Assembly: GCA_965218585.1 (NCBI GenBank)
Contig: CBDCLE010000026.1
Location: forward strand, 313,833 to 377,832
Direction: 5' to 3'
Source: Terriglobia bacterium
Lineage (GTDB): Bacteria > Acidobacteriota > Terriglobia > 20CM-2-55-15
DNA: 64,000 nucleotides
The notes under the pieces were generated by a model that was not told where the DNA came from, ran no database searches, and saw only the letters and a list, made by a program, of their open reading frames with translations. Below, piece after piece: positions 39,856 to 50,152 of the stretch (position 1 is the first letter of the stretch; each line of letters opens with the position of its first letter). The translations under genes and the position numbers were made by a program.

Positions 39856-40639
39856 CTAGTCGATTGGTTTGACGCTTTTCCGCAAGATCTCGACCATTTC
39901 TGCACCACCGGCAAAGATCGTCTCAGGGGTCAATCCCCGATCCATGAGTTCGCCCAGATCAACCGGTCGGCCGGAAGCATACACCAGAACAGCCCCGGTC
40001 TTTTCCAGAAGAGCGGAGGGTAGTGCCAGGTCCCACAAGTTTACCGTCGGACCGAATACGAAGCCCTTCACGGCTCCCTTGGCCAACAGGCACAACTGAT
40101 AGATGGGCGCACCCAGGGAGTAGACTCGTCCGGGAAAGTCGATCTTGTATTCCGAATGGTGATTCGTGGGCGCCAGAATTATTGTGTTGGGCTTGAGTTC
40201 GACAGAGAGATCCGGCCGAAGAACTTCATCATTGCAATAGGCCGGCCCGTCCTCATCGCACCAGAACAGTTCGTTCGTGACGGGGTTGATCGCAGCGCCC
40301 CCAATCGGCCTGGAACCCTGCATGATGCAGACGGCCGGCGTCCAGAGTGGGAGCCGAACGGCGAAGGCACGCGTGCCATCGAGTGCATCCACGACCCAGG
40401 AGCGATCCTCGCCGGAGTCAGGTTCCCCTGTTTTCCTTTGTCTCCTCTCCGATATAGCCATAGTCAGGAGCAAGGGCCTTGAGCGAAAGCTTGAGAAATT
40501 CCTCGATGGCCGCGTCGGCTTCGGTGACGATGCTCAGATCGGTCTTGAGCGACTTCGAGACCTTGCCGTAGTACAGCATGGCCAATTGCCCCGCTTCAGT
40601 AACGACCTCTTTGAGGTCTTTGATGTCAACCGTTGTCAT
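39856..40639 (-). CDS. Inositol monophosphatase family phosphatase (frameshift near 40426)
   Basis: IVTEAD, IGEE-[fs]-WVVDALDGT and LWDLA; the fragments join if one base is removed from the C4 run. Confidence 0.85.
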
Positions 40640-40644
40640 ATTGA

Positions 40645-40743
40645 TGTAGGTGTGGTCTGTAATCGCACAGATTGAAGAGGTGCGGTTAAGGAAGCTGTGA
40701 ATAAATAGCAGTCAGCGACTGTAGGGGCGCTCTGTGAGCGCCC
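40645..40743. repeat. Two degenerate GTAG-type REP units
   Basis: TGTAGGTGTGGTCTGTAATCGCAC at 40645 and CTGTAGGGGCGCTCTGTGAGCGCCC at 40719. Confidence 0.65.
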
Positions 40744-40765
40744 GCTTATCAAAGAGACGTGCGCG

Positions 40766-42455
40766 TTAGACGCGCTTGACGATATCGACCTTCCCGGCCT
40801 CACCGTCAACCCGGATGATGTCGCCGTTCTTGATCGAACTCGTCGCGTTCCATGTGCCGACCACTGCGGGTATGCCGTATTCTCTGGCGGCGATTGCCGC
40901 GTGGGTCAACATGCCGCCGGTGTCGGTAACGACGCCTCCGATCTTCAGGAACAGCGGCGTCCATGCAGTTCCGGTATAGGGGCAAACAAGGATTTCGCCA
41001 GACTGGACGGTCGGAAAATCCTCGAAGTTCAGGATCACACGGGCCGGCCCTTCGACATTGCCGGGAGCGCCAGGGAAGCCCTCGAGCTTATCAGAAACTT
41101 CGGTTTCGCCCTTCGGGTGGAGCACTTCGTCGATGATACCGAAGACCTTGATCGCGATCGGGTCGGTCATGGTTTCAGGCACGTTGCCGACGGTCAGCGG
41201 GGCGTCCAACTCACCTGCGGTTTCCCAACTCTTTCTTCTCTCTTCAACCAGGGGTTGCACCAAAACCTGGTGGTGGTAGGTGCCAATCTTCTCGTCCCGT
41301 GCCAGGTCGGTAAAGATTTCCGACAAGCTCGCTATAGGTCAGGAAGAACACTTCGTCGGCTTTCTTGAGCAGACCCAGTTTCTCGAGACGCCGTCCGCAC
41401 ACCATCAGCGAATCGTGGAGCGCTGCGGTGCAGCCCTGATCGATGTAGAATCCGTGGTCTTCCTGATAAGCGTAGATCTTCTGTGCCGCCCTGAGAAACC
41501 TTTGAAACGCGGCCATCTCGTCATCGCCAAGCTCTTTCTCGCAGGCCTCGATTGCTTTCTGGCGCTGGTTTGCGACGTCGCTACGCGCCTTGAAGAAATC
41601 CCAGCCGTCGTCCATGCGTTTGAAATAACCCTTGATGGTTTCCAGGACCGGCTGCGGATCTTCTTTCCAGGTCGGGAACAGGACGTCGAGATGAGCTGCG
41701 CTGATCCTGTGGCCGTAGACGTCCAGAAACTTGTCGAACCGTCCGAGCCAGCTCTTGGCATCGGCCGTTCCCTCGAGCGTCTCGAGCAGAGACTGGGCCG
41801 GTGTGTTGGCGAAGGTATCTTCGAGGCCAGCTTCTTTGGCGGCCTGTGCCAGGTTCCACAACTCCTCGTCGGTCTTCGACGGCATGCTGTCAAAGCCCTT
41901 GAGCATCGTGACGAAGTCCTTCTCCTGAAGTCCCATCTCTTTGCAGTACTCTTCGAACTGCAGATAGAGCCCATCGGCCGGGTACATCAGAATGAAGTGA
42001 ATTTCCCAGGCGCGGCGGTTCATCTCCTCGCTCTTGCGAAGGTGGTCGAGAAGCTCGGGCGTTGAAAGCTGGTCGGCCTTCTCGATATCGAGTGCAGCGA
42101 TGTTAGCGACGATCTCGTCGATGTGTTTCCGATAGTAGTCGTCCCAGTTGTCTTTAAGTTCTTCGATCAGCGCACCAAACGATTGAGCGCGCCGACCCAC
42201 TTCTTCGGGATCCTCGATCAGCGTAAATCCCAGATACACTCGCCCTTGATGAATCTTTACGTAGGCGCCCTTCGAGGGCGGAAGGCTGGTCTGATCCGCA
42301 GCAACGTGGTAGCCCCAGGCATGATGTTTCTGGATGGTGGTCATCCCCATTGGGGAAATGGGGTACGGCTGGTGCAGGTCGTCACGGAACCAGAAGATGC
42401 CGTTGTCCAGATCGGGACGCAAGGTCTGGAGGGCCGATATGCTTCGGTCTATCAT
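40766..42455 (-). CDS. PEP-utilising phosphohistidine protein with large substrate-binding domain (phenylphosphate synthase subunit A / rifampicin phosphotransferase C-terminal-like); frameshift near 41320
   Basis: WFRDDLHQPYP, FLDVYGHR, PTWKEDP, DEVFFLTYSE-[fs], VEGPARV and TDTGGMLTHAAIAAREYGIPAVVG. Confidence 0.88.
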
Positions 42456-42530
42456 AGTGGACTCCGTTTGTATGGCTTCCCTTCGCCCTCGAACGGGCGA
42501 AGGGAAGCGATCTGTCCAGTCGGATCTTAC

Positions 42531-43604
42531 TTAGTCAGCGGGAACTGCTGCGTCTGCCAAAGGACTCAATCCGTAGCTCTCCAGCGGCGGGAGGTTGAAC
42601 AGCTGCTCTGCGTTCTTGCCCAACAGCAAGTCGGTTGTTTCCTGGTCCAGACTGAGCTCTGCGGCCAGATCCTTGATGCTCTGGATCGCACCCTCGGGAT
42701 CTCCAACGCGGTGAGCGTAATCGGTCCCGATCATCATGTGCTCAGGTCCTACCCACTCCATGCAGCACTTCATCGCAGGCAGGTAGAACGAGGTGGTGTC
42801 CGGATAAACGCGCTTTCGATACGTTTCCTCGGGATGCTCATTGAGCTCGAGACCCCATTCCTTGGCATAACCCTTCCATGAGTCCTTGAGTCTGCGGACC
42901 AGGTAAGGGGCGACACCGCCGAGATGGGCGTGAATCAGCTTGAAATCCGGGCAGCGCTCGAACGTGCCGTTGAAGATCAGGCTGATGACGCACAGCGTCG
43001 AGTCCAGCGTATAACCGTAAAGCTGATACGGAATCCGGCTCTTGTTCATGGCTTCCGATGTCATCGGAACGGTGGGATGCAGGAGGATGGGGAGGTTGTA
43101 TTCGCCGGCCATCTGGAATATGGGATCGAACTTTTCCTGGAACATCACTTCTCCATTGCAGTTGGAGAACATCTGAATCCCGTTGATGTCCAGTTCCTTG
43201 TGACAGCGCTCGAGTTCTTCACAGGCCGCATCGACGTCCTGATACGGAAGACACGCATAAGCGTAGATCCGTCCCGGATATTTCTTGACGGTCTCAGAAT
43301 AGGCGTCATTGATCTTCTTTGCCCAATAGACACCGTCATCCCGTTCGAGCAGTTCAGGCGCCGGAATGGTCTTGCTCATGATCTGAGTATCCATTCCAAA
43401 CTTGTCCAGATCCCGGATTCGCTCATCGATGTCGTAATGGCCGGCACGGTCGATGTGGGCCACGATGACGTCTCCGGCGTAGCAGAGATAGGAATGTTCC
43501 CCGGTCTGCTCGGCACGTATCCGCTTTCCTTTCCGGGTTGTTAGATATTCGAGGTAGTCCTTCGGATAAAAGTGATTGTGAACGTCTACAGTTCTTTGTG
43601 ACAT
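42531..43604 (-). CDS. Amidohydrolase_2 family protein (ACMSD/LigW-like non-oxidative decarboxylase or hydratase)
   Basis: DVHNHF, ILLHP, LIHAHLGG, YPDT and IGTDY motifs. Confidence 0.88.
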   Translation of the reverse strand: MSQRTVDVHNHFYPKDYLEYLTTRKGKRIRAEQTGEHSYLCYAGDVIVAHIDRAGHYDIDERIRDLDKFGMDTQIMSKTIPAPELLERDDGVYWAKKINDAYSETVKKYPGRIYAYACLPYQDVDAACEELERCHKELDINGIQMFSNCNGEVMFQEKFDPIFQMAGEYNLPILLHPTVPMTSEAMNKSRIPYQLYGYTLDSTLCVISLIFNGTFERCPDFKLIHAHLGGVAPYLVRRLKDSWKGYAKEWGLELNEHPEETYRKRVYPDTTSFYLPAMKCCMEWVGPEHMMIGTDYAHRVGDPEGAIQSIKDLAAELSLDQETTDLLLGKNAEQLFNLPPLESYGLSPLADAAVPAD

Positions 43605-43635
43605 ATGGTTCGTCCTTCTTGGTTAGTCGTTTATG

Positions 43636-44616
43636 TTAGTTAGTCTGAGCGGCTTTCTCCAGGCCGCGGATCCTGCGAGTCTGCAGGATGTACATTTTCC
43701 CGTCCTGGAAAGCCCATTCCACGTCGGCGTTGAATCCGAAATGATCTTCGATCCGCTTGCCGGCGTTACCGAGTTCGCCGAGCTGGGCCCCGGACAGGGT
43801 CGGTTCTTTAGAGCGGTTCGCTGGAACAGGCCGTTCCGTGCGCCCTGAACCGCTGTCGTCCATTGTTACCATCACGGTCTTCGGGGCGATCTGCTTCTGT
43901 TTCGTTGACAGAGTATCTTTGTCGAGAACGAAGAAATCGTTCATCGATTTTCCGGAAACGACCGATTCCCCTAACCCCCAGTTGGATTCGATCACGATTT
44001 CGCTGGTGCTCCCAGTGATCGGGTGCGCCGTGAACAGCACCCCGGCGACCTCGGAGTGGATCATCAACTGAACGACCGGCGCGATGACTCCCTTTTCATG
44101 GGGAACCTCCTTCGAATGACGGGCGTAGGCGGCGCGCGTCGTCCAGAGCGAGGCCCAGCATTCGAGAATCTTGCCCAGTACGTCGTCCGCACCCTGGATG
44201 TAGTGATAGGTATCCATCATGCCGGGAAACGAAGAGACTTCCGAATCCCTTACGGCTACGGACGAGCGCACGGCGACGTGCTTGTTGTCCCCTGCCACGA
44301 GCTTGCCGAAAGAGTCCCGGATGTCTTCCTCCAGGTCAGTGGGGATCTTGGCAGAAACGATGAGCGTTCGAATCGTTTCTGTCTTCTTCTCCACGCCGGC
44401 ATAGTCTTCGAAGTCGAGGTCGGCCGCGATCTGGGAGATCTGCTCCCCGAGCGAGTTCGACTCGACGACATAAGGCAGGGCGTCCCCGGTGACGCAGAAC
44501 CCCCCGGGAACAGGCAAGCCAAGTCGGGTCAGTTCGCCAAGCCCGGCTGCCTTACCGCCACACTGCTGAACCTCGGCCTGGCTTACTTCCTCAAGCGCTT
44601 TGACGTACTGGGTCAT
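43636..44616 (-). CDS. Stand-alone PEP-synthase ATP-grasp domain (phenylphosphate synthase subunit B-like)
   Basis: GGKAAGLGEL..VPGGFCV, VAVRSS, SFPGMMDTY, WGLGESVVSG and DVEWA..ILQTR. Confidence 0.9.
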   Translation of the reverse strand: MTQYVKALEEVSQAEVQQCGGKAAGLGELTRLGLPVPGGFCVTGDALPYVVESNSLGEQISQIAADLDFEDYAGVEKKTETIRTLIVSAKIPTDLEEDIRDSFGKLVAGDNKHVAVRSSVAVRDSEVSSFPGMMDTYHYIQGADDVLGKILECWASLWTTRAAYARHSKEVPHEKGVIAPVVQLMIHSEVAGVLFTAHPITGSTSEIVIESNWGLGESVVSGKSMNDFFVLDKDTLSTKQKQIAPKTVMVTMDDSGSGRTERPVPANRSKEPTLSGAQLGELGNAGKRIEDHFGFNADVEWAFQDGKMYILQTRRIRGLEKAAQTN

Positions 44617-45003
44617 TCGATCATTTCCACTCTGCCATAGGGGTCTCGACCCCATTTTGGAAGGTTTTCGGCACTGGCTGTCGTGGTTTTCCAGAGATTC
44701 ACGGAAATCTCCAGCCCCAAGATAGTAACGAATCCTTGGATGGAAGGCTTGCAGAATTTGCACCATGATGAACAGGATTATGACTTTTGATCCCCTATCC
44801 GGCCGCCTGGGGTTCAGATGGCCCACCCACAAATATACAAACAATTGAAACTAAATGGCTTGCCTGTCTGAGGGATCGGTTGGGTGGGTCGACGCCAACT
44901 CCCTTACCTGAAATTTGAGTCCCAAATTGTCGGCAGTGAAGTATAGGGACAGACTGAAACTGGTTTGCGTCACTCGATACTTAGCGTCATTATAGGGATA
45001 CCG

Positions 45004-45927
45004 ATGAGCGCTTTGCCCAATTCGGTCTTTGCTGCCGACGAGACTCATGGTCGGGTCTTGAGGCCGGGCAACCGTCTGCTGGTGGACAGCCAGGACGCAG
45101 GCTGGCGTTCTTTGCATGCCGCTATCTTCCAGGAGGTGCCGTTCGAGGCGAAGGAAACACCCCTTGGTCATCCGTCGTTCATTTACCATCGCCACCATCC
45201 GGCCCGGGTGACCCGCAAGATCGAAGGCGGGCCCCGTAACCAGGAGCTGATCGGCCCCCGCCGAATCTGTCTGACGCCAGCAGACGCGACCGCGCACTGG
45301 TCGCACAATGGCGAACCCGAGATCCTTCAGGTCTATCTGCGTGGATCGATGTACCAGGCTGCGGTGGCCGAACTTTACGGTTGCGACGTTTCCGAGGCAG
45401 AGATCGTACCCCGGTTCGCGATGGTGGATCCTCTACTCGAGCAACTGGCCCTGGCGATCACGGCGGCATTGTGGGACGGGACAGTGGAGGACGGACTCTA
45501 CGTCGATACTCTCGCGCAAACGATAGCCGTGCATCTGGCACGGGTACATTCGTCACAGGGGCGGCAGCCCCGCACAGCCTCGGCGCCGAGCATGCAGGGG
45601 GCACGCATGAGGCGCGTGAAGGAATACATCGAGGAACATCTCGACGGAGATCTCCGTCTGGAGGCAATGGCTGCAGAAGTCGGGGTCAATCCCGTCTATT
45701 TTGCACGCTCCTTCAGAGAGGCGGTTGGAGAATCGCCGCACCGCTACGTGCTGCAGCGCCGCGTAAAACGCGCAAAGGAACTCCTGCGTAACACGGAGAT
45801 GTCGGTTGTGGAGGTGGCGCTGGCAGCAGGCTTTTCATCGCAGAGCCATCTTTCCCATTGGTTCCAGCGCTATGTGGGTGTCTCCCCTGCCGCTTACCGG
45901 GGACACCGTGCCACGTCGGGAAGCTGA
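45004..45927 (+). CDS. AraC-family transcriptional regulator
   Basis: C-terminal double HTH: YFARSFREAVGESPHRY and AGFSSQSHLSHWF. Confidence 0.93.
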   Translation: MSALPNSVFAADETHGRVLRPGNRLLVDSQDAGWRSLHAAIFQEVPFEAKETPLGHPSFIYHRHHPARVTRKIEGGPRNQELIGPRRICLTPADATAHWSHNGEPEILQVYLRGSMYQAAVAELYGCDVSEAEIVPRFAMVDPLLEQLALAITAALWDGTVEDGLYVDTLAQTIAVHLARVHSSQGRQPRTASAPSMQGARMRRVKEYIEEHLDGDLRLEAMAAEVGVNPVYFARSFREAVGESPHRYVLQRRVKRAKELLRNTEMSVVEVALAAGFSSQSHLSHWFQRYVGVSPAAYRGHRATSGS

Positions 45928-46044
45928 CGCTTCCACTGTGTTCAATCCGACAAGCGGGACAAAAAGCCCCTCAAGCGACGCTCCCCTCAAATGGCTTTGC
46001 CGACCGGATTGTCAAAACGCCAACAAAGTGAAAAGGTCCGAACA

Positions 46045-47346
46045 ATGAAGAGAGCACTTGCCATCGTCAGTTTGGCATCGATTTGCAGCCTGGGCTGGGT
46101 AGAAAACCTTCGAGCTCAGGATCTTGTGATTACGAATGCCCGAGTCCTGGACAGTAACGGCAGGGACATTCCCAGCGGTGCCGTTGTGGTGCAGGATGGC
46201 CAGATCGTTTCGGTGTCTCCGGGAGCCGTTCCCGACCTTGCGGGCGTAACCCAGATCGACGCTGAGGGCATGACCGTCATGCCCGGATTTATCGATGGCC
46301 ACCGTCACCTGGGAGCGGGACCCGATCCCGACCAATGGCTGACGGAGGAAGCCCCTCGCCTGATGCGGCAATTCCTTGAGGGCGGATTCACAACCGTGTT
46401 GGAAGCGGGTTCGGGATCGGAGACCCTGATCGAACTGCGTCGCCGGGTCGCGGAAGGCGAAGTTGCAGGCCCGCGCCTGATTCTCTCCGGCCGCGCGCCC
46501 ACGGCTCGTGGAGGCGGAGGCGGCGGGGGCGGAGTTGATCCGGCCCGTGCCGACAGGTCGCGCCCGCCCCTTCGGCCGACCGAAGCTGCAGTTGCAGTGC
46601 CTGCCGAAGACACACGTCAAAGGGTGCGGGAGTTGGCCGAAGCCGGACTGGATGCAATAAAGACGAGCATCATCGTGACGCCGGATGGTCCTGAGCCCGA
46701 GACGCTCGCCTTGATCGCCCAAGAGGGCAATCGAGCGGGCATTCCTACGATCACCCACGCCGTAACTGTAGTGGACACAGTGGCCGCCGTTCGAGCAGGC
46801 GGAGTAAGGACGCTTGTCCACACGCCCCATATAGGCCAGCTGGACGAAGACACCGCAAGAATGATTGCCGAGGCCGGGATTCCCATGATGTCGACCCTGG
46901 GTATTTTCGTTCCGGCATTCGGCGCAGAAAATGAGCTGATTCGCGCCGAGTTTGGGGAGGAAGATGGAGCGGCGCGTTTCCGCGACCTGCTTCCCTATCC
47001 GATGGAGAACCTGTCCAGCGCGGGCCAGGGTCCGGTGAATGCGAGGATGCTCTGGGATGCCGGCATTACGTACGGATACGGTACCGACACCCGTTTCGTT
47101 CCCAGCGACGCTCTACGACACGAGCTCAAACCGCTGCAACTGGTCTTCTCTGCCAAGGAAATCGTGACGATCCTGACTCGTAACGCAGCGATCGCTGTCG
47201 GCCGCGAAGATCAACTGGGAACTCTTGAGCCAGGAAAACTCGCTGACATCGTGATCGTCGACGGCGATCCGCTTACCGATATTTCAGACGTGCTGAACGT
47301 CGCCGTCGTCATCAAGAGCGGGGAAGTCGTCGTAGACAACCGCTAG
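46045..47346 (+). CDS. Secreted amidohydrolase-superfamily protein
   Basis: Signal peptide; MPGFIDGHRH, YGTDT and LGTLEPGKLADIV. Confidence 0.88.
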   Translation: MKRALAIVSLASICSLGWVENLRAQDLVITNARVLDSNGRDIPSGAVVVQDGQIVSVSPGAVPDLAGVTQIDAEGMTVMPGFIDGHRHLGAGPDPDQWLTEEAPRLMRQFLEGGFTTVLEAGSGSETLIELRRRVAEGEVAGPRLILSGRAPTARGGGGGGGGVDPARADRSRPPLRPTEAAVAVPAEDTRQRVRELAEAGLDAIKTSIIVTPDGPEPETLALIAQEGNRAGIPTITHAVTVVDTVAAVRAGGVRTLVHTPHIGQLDEDTARMIAEAGIPMMSTLGIFVPAFGAENELIRAEFGEEDGAARFRDLLPYPMENLSSAGQGPVNARMLWDAGITYGYGTDTRFVPSDALRHELKPLQLVFSAKEIVTILTRNAAIAVGREDQLGTLEPGKLADIVIVDGDPLTDISDVLNVAVVIKSGEVVVDNR

Positions 47347-47381
47347 CCCGCAGCGGAGGAACCCATCGAGAGCCTACAGTC

Positions 47382-48149
47382 TTACTCCCTGCATGAGGTG
47401 GGGTTCCAATTAGACCCATCTGCCTCGCGCTTGAAGTGTGAGCTCGTGATGAACGGCTGGTTCAGGTAGATGGGGTCGTCCACGATCGTGGTGATCGAGA
47501 GCCATTCGTCGCCGTTAGGAGACCCGAAGCGGTCGAAGTACTCAGTGATCACAGCGTTTTCACTGTAAGGCACACCGTTCTTCCTGAGCCAACCCGCCGT
47601 CATGTTCGTGGTCATGACTTCGAGGTTCCCTCCGGGCGGCTGGACAGCGTTGGCACCACGTCCCTGACGCGCTGGCTGGTCCCACTCCGCCACTGAATAG
47701 CCCTGGAGCGAGGGGAGGCCGGGATTATCTGCCTGGAAGTCGATGGTCCGGGTCTGCTGGCCTGCGTCGGTCTCGATCTGCAGGGTGTCCGGGTTGGGCC
47801 AGGTAATGTTCAGACGCGTCGGCATCCGCATCAGGCCGCCCACACCGTAAGCCAGGCACGAACCATCCTGTGACTCGTCCCACATGTCAGCCATGGCGCG
47901 GCCCTCGGGCGTCAGGGGAACGCTGGCATAGTCGCCTTTGGGAGGGGTAACCATGCGCCACCTCCAGTCCTCGTTGACGATCGCGACCCAGTAACCTTCC
48001 ACATCGATGGGCGCGGCCTCCTCGGGCGCCGCGGGCGCCTGCCCGCGCCCTCGGCCGGGCCCTTGAGCCTGGAGATCTGAACCCGTCATTGTGACCAGTG
48101 CCATCGCGAAACCCGCGGCAGCAACGAACTGAAGTGCTCTGTGACTCAT
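47382..48149 (-). CDS. Uncharacterised secreted Cys-pair family protein (member 4)
   Basis: SCLAYG, LQGYSVAEW, AGWLRKNGVPYSENA, DDPIYLNQP and TSCRE. Confidence 0.8.
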   Translation of the reverse strand: MSHRALQFVAAAGFAMALVTMTGSDLQAQGPGRGRGQAPAAPEEAAPIDVEGYWVAIVNEDWRWRMVTPPKGDYASVPLTPEGRAMADMWDESQDGSCLAYGVGGLMRMPTRLNITWPNPDTLQIETDAGQQTRTIDFQADNPGLPSLQGYSVAEWDQPARQGRGANAVQPPGGNLEVMTTNMTAGWLRKNGVPYSENAVITEYFDRFGSPNGDEWLSITTIVDDPIYLNQPFITSSHFKREADGSNWNPTSCRE

Positions 48150-48153
48150 ATTC

Positions 48154-49161
48154 TTATTCTCCGGCCAGACCGGCGTAAACGTTCTCGATGAAACCTTCGG
48201 TCGTGACGAAACCCGTGTCCGCTCCGTAGCGGCCGTCGTAATCGCTGGTTGGACGCGCTGCCTTGATCTGGTCGAGCGTCATCCCCCGGTCGACCATGTC
48301 CTGGATGCGGTCCCGGATGATCGTCAGCATGTCGCGGTACTCGAGTACGTCGGCTTCATCCCCCAGGCGCCCATGACCGGGGATGACGTAGGTGCCGCCC
48401 TCCTGTTTGTCGGCTGGGACCGTGATGTCGAGGATGTTGTTGAGAGCGTCGATCATTCCGTTGATGTGCCCGCCACGGGCACGGTCGATGAACGGGTACG
48501 TCGTGTTGACGTAGACGTCACCGGTAGCGACCACGTCGGAACCTCGAAAGTGCACGATGATGTCGCCGTCGGTCTGCGCATTCGGCTGGTGCAGGATGAT
48601 CACGGCCTCGCCGTTGAAATACAGGTCCATCCTGTCACCAAAAAAGGTGTCGGTCGGCCACGCTTCGAACGGCGGGGGCTCACCCTGAAGCGGGGAGATC
48701 ATGTGGTTGAGCGTGTTCTCGTGCGCGATGATGAACGCCGCCTCCTCACCGCCCGTACGTAAGTTGATTTGACCGGCGAAGTTGCCGGCAACGATCTGGG
48801 CCCCCGCTGCTGCGACCCGGGCGTTCCCGCCCACGTGATCAGGGTGAACGTGCGTGTTGACGATATAGCGAATCGGCCGTCCCTCGGCTATCTCGTTGAT
48901 CTTGGCGATCAGTTTGTCGGCCATCCCTTCAAACTGGGAGTCGACCACGAGTACACCGTCATCGCCGTACTGGATGGTGACGTTGCCGCCGGCACCCACC
49001 AGCATGTAGACGTTACCCTGAACGTGTAACGACTGAACCTCGACGTCATCAAAGTTCTGCTGGGCTGCAACTCCCGCGGTATTCAGAAGCATGACGGCGG
49101 CCAGGGAGGCCACCCAGAAGATCGGGGACGACACTCGGTACTGTCTTTTTTCCATTCTCAT
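48154..49161 (-). CDS. Secreted MBL-fold (cyclase-like) hydrolase
   Basis: GAGGNV, NTHVHPDHVGGN, TDGD and IPGHG motifs; usual AHTDGD reads AQTDGD. Confidence 0.88.
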   Translation of the reverse strand: MRMEKRQYRVSSPIFWVASLAAVMLLNTAGVAAQQNFDDVEVQSLHVQGNVYMLVGAGGNVTIQYGDDGVLVVDSQFEGMADKLIAKINEIAEGRPIRYIVNTHVHPDHVGGNARVAAAGAQIVAGNFAGQINLRTGGEEAAFIIAHENTLNHMISPLQGEPPPFEAWPTDTFFGDRMDLYFNGEAVIILHQPNAQTDGDIIVHFRGSDVVATGDVYVNTTYPFIDRARGGHINGMIDALNNILDITVPADKQEGGTYVIPGHGRLGDEADVLEYRDMLTIIRDRIQDMVDRGMTLDQIKAARPTSDYDGRYGADTGFVTTEGFIENVYAGLAGE

Positions 49162-49245
49162 GACTCGCTCCAGACTGGTGATCAGGAAACTCCCTCTGCC
49201 GAGCAAGCCCGTCCACCTTTGTTCATCAACTACGGCCCAGCCTCA

Positions 49246-50097
49246 CTATTGCCGATCTTGGAACTGCAACATGTATTCTGGCAAAGCCGTTTCCGCTCCG
49301 CCCCGAGCCGCTTCGAGCGGGAGATTGAACTCGATGGCGAAGTCGTCGACGAACGGGTTTTCTCCAGGCAAATGATGGGGCACGGCTCCGCGTTCGCGCG
49401 GGACCTCGACGACCACGCTGCAGGGATACGGATCCATGTTGTCGCCCTCGAGGCGGAGGAAACCATTCGTCTTGACCATCGGTTCGGTCAGGTAGTGCGG
49501 GTCCTCGACCATGTAGACGTGAGTCATCACGTCGCCATGGACGATAAACAGATCCGTCATCACGGCCTCATCGCTGATGGACATGCCGTTTCGCCGGATC
49601 CAGCCCGCCTTCAGATGCGTCGTGCGGACCCTCAGGACGTTCCCATCCCATTCGCCGGTGGAAAACCCCTGCCAGGTGTGCGGCGCGAACGAAGGTGGAT
49701 GCTCGCGCCCATCCATCCAAATCGTCCGCTCCTGCTCCATCCAGCGGATGTGCGTCGTGTACGCAATGATCGCCTCAGTCCTCTCGTCCACTATCGGCTG
49801 GATGCGCATGTTGCCGACCCCCCGGAATCCATATGTGGAAGGATGCGGCTTACATTGATGTTCGGGCACCGCGAGCAAGCCCGCGTCCCAGCTGTCGGCC
49901 CGAAGGCGCATGGCGTCATTGATCGGGAGACCGGCGTAATCACCGATGGCCGGCCCACCTGCACGCTCGAGTTGGTCCTCGTGCATGATCGGGCCCCAGT
50001 TGCCGGTGAGATTCAGCTGTGCGTACGCGGGCGAACCGGCGCCAGCGGCCATCACAACAACGAGGACACCTCCGAGAAGAGCAGTTTTGCTATTCAT
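49246..50097 (-). CDS. Uncharacterised secreted Cys-pair family protein (member 5)
   Basis: EHQCKPHP, WQGFSTGEWDG, AGWIRRNG, EDPHYLTEP and YPC. Confidence 0.82.
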   Translation of the reverse strand: MNSKTALLGGVLVVVMAAGAGSPAYAQLNLTGNWGPIMHEDQLERAGGPAIGDYAGLPINDAMRLRADSWDAGLLAVPEHQCKPHPSTYGFRGVGNMRIQPIVDERTEAIIAYTTHIRWMEQERTIWMDGREHPPSFAPHTWQGFSTGEWDGNVLRVRTTHLKAGWIRRNGMSISDEAVMTDLFIVHGDVMTHVYMVEDPHYLTEPMVKTNGFLRLEGDNMDPYPCSVVVEVPRERGAVPHHLPGENPFVDDFAIEFNLPLEAARGGAETALPEYMLQFQDRQ

Positions 50098-50152
50098 CAA
50101 TCGTTCTCCGTTGCATTCTTGATCTCTCGAGATCGCACCAATCCGGTACCCA

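Noticed and set aside
40766-44616. Broken gluconeogenic PEP synthase (ppsA) pseudogene
   Set aside because: The halves have their own starts and stops, another gene lies between them, and the pyruvate-binding domain is replaced by a different domain
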